From Candidatus Poseidoniales archaeon (GTDB lineage Archaea; Thermoplasmatota; Poseidoniia; Poseidoniales; Poseidoniaceae), in the NCBI GenBank assembly GCA_009887255.1, contig QXXW01000015.1, positions 1 through 40,663 on the forward strand: DNA of 40,663 nucleotides. The letters run 5' to 3'. Position 1 is the first letter of the stretch; each line of letters begins with the position of its first letter. The notes under the pieces are model-generated. The model had not been told where the DNA came from. It ran no database searches and saw nothing but the letters and a program-made list of their open reading frames with translations. Positions 37,445 through 40,663 of this stretch are shown here, one piece after another. Both the position numbers and the translations under genes were made by a program.

Positions 37445-40400
37445 ACTCCCGCAAGGCCAACCGTTTGAAGAATCGTTCAGCATAGAGGAGGGCTCCCTGT
37501 TGCCGTTTGCGCACGGCTCCATCACGACAAAGATTGGACGCCGGAAATCAGCATCTGGCCACCGATTGGTTCGAGGAGGCAAAGTCGTCGCTTGGATGGC
37601 CGTTAACGAGGAAGGCGCCTTGTTGGGTGGGCTGGACGCTCGCCTAGAATTGGAACGCATTGAGCGTGAAAACAAGACAAAACAGTTCGCAACCACGTAC
37701 ACCATTCGAGGCCTAGGGGACATTGCGGATGCACTCCCGGAAGCCTTTGAACACCAAGTTGACCGTCAAGGGCTTGGCTCCACGGTTAATTTCGTTGAAC
37801 GGCTTCTCGCCAGAGATTTGTCCACGGTCGTTGAACAGCTGGCAGCCAACGTTACCGTCCGAGGCGCACTGGCAATGGACGGCGGATTGCTCATCGACCA
37901 TGCCGGAGATTTGCCGGGTTTGGGCGAAGCCGAGACGGTTTGTGCTCATCTTCATGAGCTTCTCGCCGGGATGAACATGGAAACCGTGGCCGATGAATTG
38001 GGGCTTCGGGGGCAAGGACATCTGACTCTGCACAGCGACAAAGGAGCGTTGATGCTCGCCCAAACCGGCTCGATCGCCATCGCTGCATGGACTGAAAAGG
38101 ATGCCAACCATGCAAGGTTGATATCATCTGCATCCCTTGCCCTCGAGGGCGAATTGGGTGCTGCTGGGCACGGTGGGGCGAAACTGCCCGATGGGTTCAC
38201 TCTACGAGAAGGAAAGGGAGGTCCTGATGCGGTGGTGTCCATGCTCAAAGCATCCATGCACGAAACTGTCACTGGACATCTTCAATCAGGAAGCTCAAGC
38301 AAGGCTGTTTCCCTGGTGCTCGACCGAGGCGTCCCCATTGCGTGTTGGGCACCATCTGTTGACACCATCACGGAAGCGATGTCAATGCTCACGGACCCAA
38401 AACGGAAGGTCAAACTCATCCGCCTACCAGCAGGCACCATTGTGTCAGCTCAGTCAGGTACCATAGAAGGGTTCACCCTCTCCCAATGTTGTTCCGAACT
38501 CGCCAAGGTTCGCACCCGTTCCGAAGCCAGACAAAGCACCTTGACCGCTCTCTTGAACGAAACATTCGGATTTGAAATGGGGCTCCAGTCGCTTCAACAG
38601 TCCCGTTCCACCATGGCCTTTGTCTCATCAGGAATGGATGTTGCAGAACCTCTCCCTGTGGTCAAGGATCAAGCCTTGGCTGCCGTGGATGCAGGCTTGC
38701 GTCGCCGACTTGAGAAATCACAACAAGCCGAGGACAGCTTGAACCGTGATAAATCAAAGTTAGAACGGAAGATTGCTGAACTTGAAAAGAAGAAGGAAGC
38801 GGCACAAATCATCGCTCGCGAAGCGAGTGAATCACGGCAAGAACAGGTCGAGGTCGTCGAAAAGGCTCATGCGAAACTGAACGCTATGCAAGTCGATCTT
38901 GCACAAGCACGGAGCATCTCCGAGGAATCTTCGTCTCGGGCAGAACGTCTCATGCGGCGGGTCAACGAATTGGAGCATCAGGTCAGCGAACGAGCCGCTG
39001 AATTGGCGAAAGCGATTGGCGATTCATCCTCCAGCGCTGCTCTTCATGAAAATCTGGCTTCAATGGCTAGCAAGGAGGCAGAGTTGCAAGCCAACCTCGG
39101 CGAAGGAAGTCAACGCTTGACGACCATCCGTCAGCAAAGCGATGATGAGGAACGACGCTTGCGTGTGCTAACCGAGCAAGTCAGTTCTGCAAGAGAACGC
39201 CACGCTAGGGTACAGGCTGACTTGATCACGCTCAAAGAGCAGGTCCACCTTCATCACGTGGAACTTGAAGCATCCAGATCAGAAACCAAAGCGGCAAGAA
39301 CACGACTCGATGAAGATCGAGAGCGGAGAGCAGAAGAGGAATCACGCCGGTCCCATGTTCATGCGGAACTCAGAGAACTCATGGAGGAACGACGTGTGTT
39401 GCTGCGAGAATTGGGAGATCTGGGGGCCCGACGAGGTCATGCTGAAGCGGAATTGTCCTCTTTGGTCCATCAAGCGACCTCGTTGGCAGAAGCCCATGAA
39501 GAAGCCCTTGCAGACATCAAGGAAGCCGATCGACTCAGGGCCCGACTTGCCGACGAACCGCTTGCACAGGCCCTCCTCAACGACAACACCACATTTGAGG
39601 GACTCGGTCCCGTTCTGAGCCGGCTTGAGCATGCTCGCACGCTTGGTTATTCAGTGACCATGCTGGACCGAGCCGTTGAACGGTCCCTTCAAGTGATTCA
39701 ATCGACCGTGGATCACGTTGCCTCCACACCCCGTCACTTGCTCTCCAGTGAAGTCATGACGCTTCTTGAACGTCAAGTACCCCAAACCGCTGGTGCTGTT
39801 CGGGGATTGGCCCGATGGTCGGTGCAACAGCGTTTGGAGCATCAACTGGGTGACACCGTGAACCATGTTGTTGTTGATCTTGAACACCTCCTTGAAGAGT
39901 ACGACCGTTCCATCACCATGCTTCGTCGGATTCGAAATGTCCTCGAACAGGTGGAACGTCTTGGAGCTCCTGAACACGAGGTGAAGGCTCTTCTCGCCAA
40001 TTGTCAGCGACCTGAGGCTTTGCCAAGTTTGGCACAAGGAACCCGTCGCCTGATACAAGTGGCCCTCGACGACATCTATCTCGAGGCTGACCAACGGGAC
40101 GCAGGGGAAGCGATGGGCCTCGAAGAAACGGCGAAAGTACTCGAAGACCTCATCGCTCAAATTGATGCGTCGGGGCTCGCTGACGGTGTCCCATCGGGGA
40201 ATCTTTGGGATTTCCAACGCGATGGGCTCCTTCCATTCGAACGAGAGTCCATCCCAGAATCGCAACGGTTGCCAGTTACTGAAGGCATGCTTGAAGATCT
40301 TGAACCGCATTTGCTGGCTGCTGAGACGGTGGAAACCATCGCACCCGAGATTGAACCGGTCACCGATGATGCCGGATGGGCTGTTTTGCCGGCCCCATCA

Positions 40401-40610
40401 ATTGACGAATCGGTCATGCCTGCACCTTCACCTCAATCCGTAGAACCAACGGTGACCTCCCTTGAAGACGAACGGGCAGCCCTCGAGGCTGAACTGGCCC
40501 GTATTGACGCTGCTTGGGGCCACCGAGAATCCGCCATCACACCCTTGACCTCTGCCAAGGATGCTGCATTGAACGACTTGGAATCCAGGTTGTCAGAACT
40601 TGATTTTTGA
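37437..40610 (+). CDS. multidomain protein: PATAN/DUF2226-like, Roadblock/LC7, PATAN/DUF2226-like, long coiled coil, helical domain and acidic tail
   Basis: GAGGTGA RBS at 37424; roadblock VRGALAMDGGLLI..ELGL..LTLHSDKGALML..EKDANHA; two LPxG..G..GxP/V modules; heptad-rich ~38690-39550; no Walker A. Confidence 0.75.
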   Translation: MFELPQGQPFEESFSIEEGSLLPFAHGSITTKIGRRKSASGHRLVRGGKVVAWMAVNEEGALLGGLDARLELERIERENKTKQFATTYTIRGLGDIADALPEAFEHQVDRQGLGSTVNFVERLLARDLSTVVEQLAANVTVRGALAMDGGLLIDHAGDLPGLGEAETVCAHLHELLAGMNMETVADELGLRGQGHLTLHSDKGALMLAQTGSIAIAAWTEKDANHARLISSASLALEGELGAAGHGGAKLPDGFTLREGKGGPDAVVSMLKASMHETVTGHLQSGSSSKAVSLVLDRGVPIACWAPSVDTITEAMSMLTDPKRKVKLIRLPAGTIVSAQSGTIEGFTLSQCCSELAKVRTRSEARQSTLTALLNETFGFEMGLQSLQQSRSTMAFVSSGMDVAEPLPVVKDQALAAVDAGLRRRLEKSQQAEDSLNRDKSKLERKIAELEKKKEAAQIIAREASESRQEQVEVVEKAHAKLNAMQVDLAQARSISEESSSRAERLMRRVNELEHQVSERAAELAKAIGDSSSSAALHENLASMASKEAELQANLGEGSQRLTTIRQQSDDEERRLRVLTEQVSSARERHARVQADLITLKEQVHLHHVELEASRSETKAARTRLDEDRERRAEEESRRSHVHAELRELMEERRVLLRELGDLGARRGHAEAELSSLVHQATSLAEAHEEALADIKEADRLRARLADEPLAQALLNDNTTFEGLGPVLSRLEHARTLGYSVTMLDRAVERSLQVIQSTVDHVASTPRHLLSSEVMTLLERQVPQTAGAVRGLARWSVQQRLEHQLGDTVNHVVVDLEHLLEEYDRSITMLRRIRNVLEQVERLGAPEHEVKALLANCQRPEALPSLAQGTRRLIQVALDDIYLEADQRDAGEAMGLEETAKVLEDLIAQIDASGLADGVPSGNLWDFQRDGLLPFERESIPESQRLPVTEGMLEDLEPHLLAAETVETIAPEIEPVTDDAGWAVLPAPSIDESVMPAPSPQSVEPTVTSLEDERAALEAELARIDAAWGHRESAITPLTSAKDAALNDLESRLSELDF

Positions 40611-40619
40611 GGCCTCACC

Positions 40620-40663
40620 ATGAGTGAACATGAAACCCTGATGGGGCGGGATGAGCGACCGGG
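40620..40663 (+). CDS. 5' fragment of a probable next operon gene (MSEHETLMGRDERP...)
   Basis: ATG 9 nt after the previous stop; frame stays open to the window end. Confidence 0.45.
   Translation, partial: MSEHETLMGRDERP

Noticed and set aside
37437-40610. SMC/Rad50 annotation for the coiled-coil protein
   Set aside because: No Walker A/B, ABC signature, hinge or zinc hook is visible
1-40663. CRISPR array, IS elements, rRNA, defence systems
   Set aside because: No repeat-spacer periodicity, transposase or nuclease motifs, or rRNA-sized non-coding gap seen by eye

Overview
Gene-dense, mostly housekeeping segment of an archaeal chromosome, most likely Thermoplasmatota Marine Group II (Ca. 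Poseidoniales). This assignment is inferred from Alba, a group II chaperonin next to dnaK, pyrBI, a TtuA/Ncs6-type enzyme, a DUF6015-like gene, archaeal TATA and GAGGTG signals, and TM-anchored secreted proteins. It holds about 30 CDS and tRNA-Gly(GCC). I saw no CRISPR array, integrase or transposase. Most notable: (1) a divergent operon at the right end encoding a stand-alone Roadblock/LC7-like protein coupled to a ~1057-aa PATAN-like/Roadblock/PATAN-like/coiled-coil protein, apparently continuing beyond the window behind an AT-rich structured intergenic region; (2) a cysteine-free Mrp/NBP35 ATPase with an insertion replacing CxxC, followed by a Cys-rich DUF971 gene; (3) a speB/speD-like/bacterial-type DHS operon suggesting homospermidine synthesis; (4) a eukaryote-like CTP synthase and several bacterial-type enzymes; (5) an hsp20-dnaK-divergent thermosome cluster. 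All family calls come from motif recognition by eye; no searches were run.
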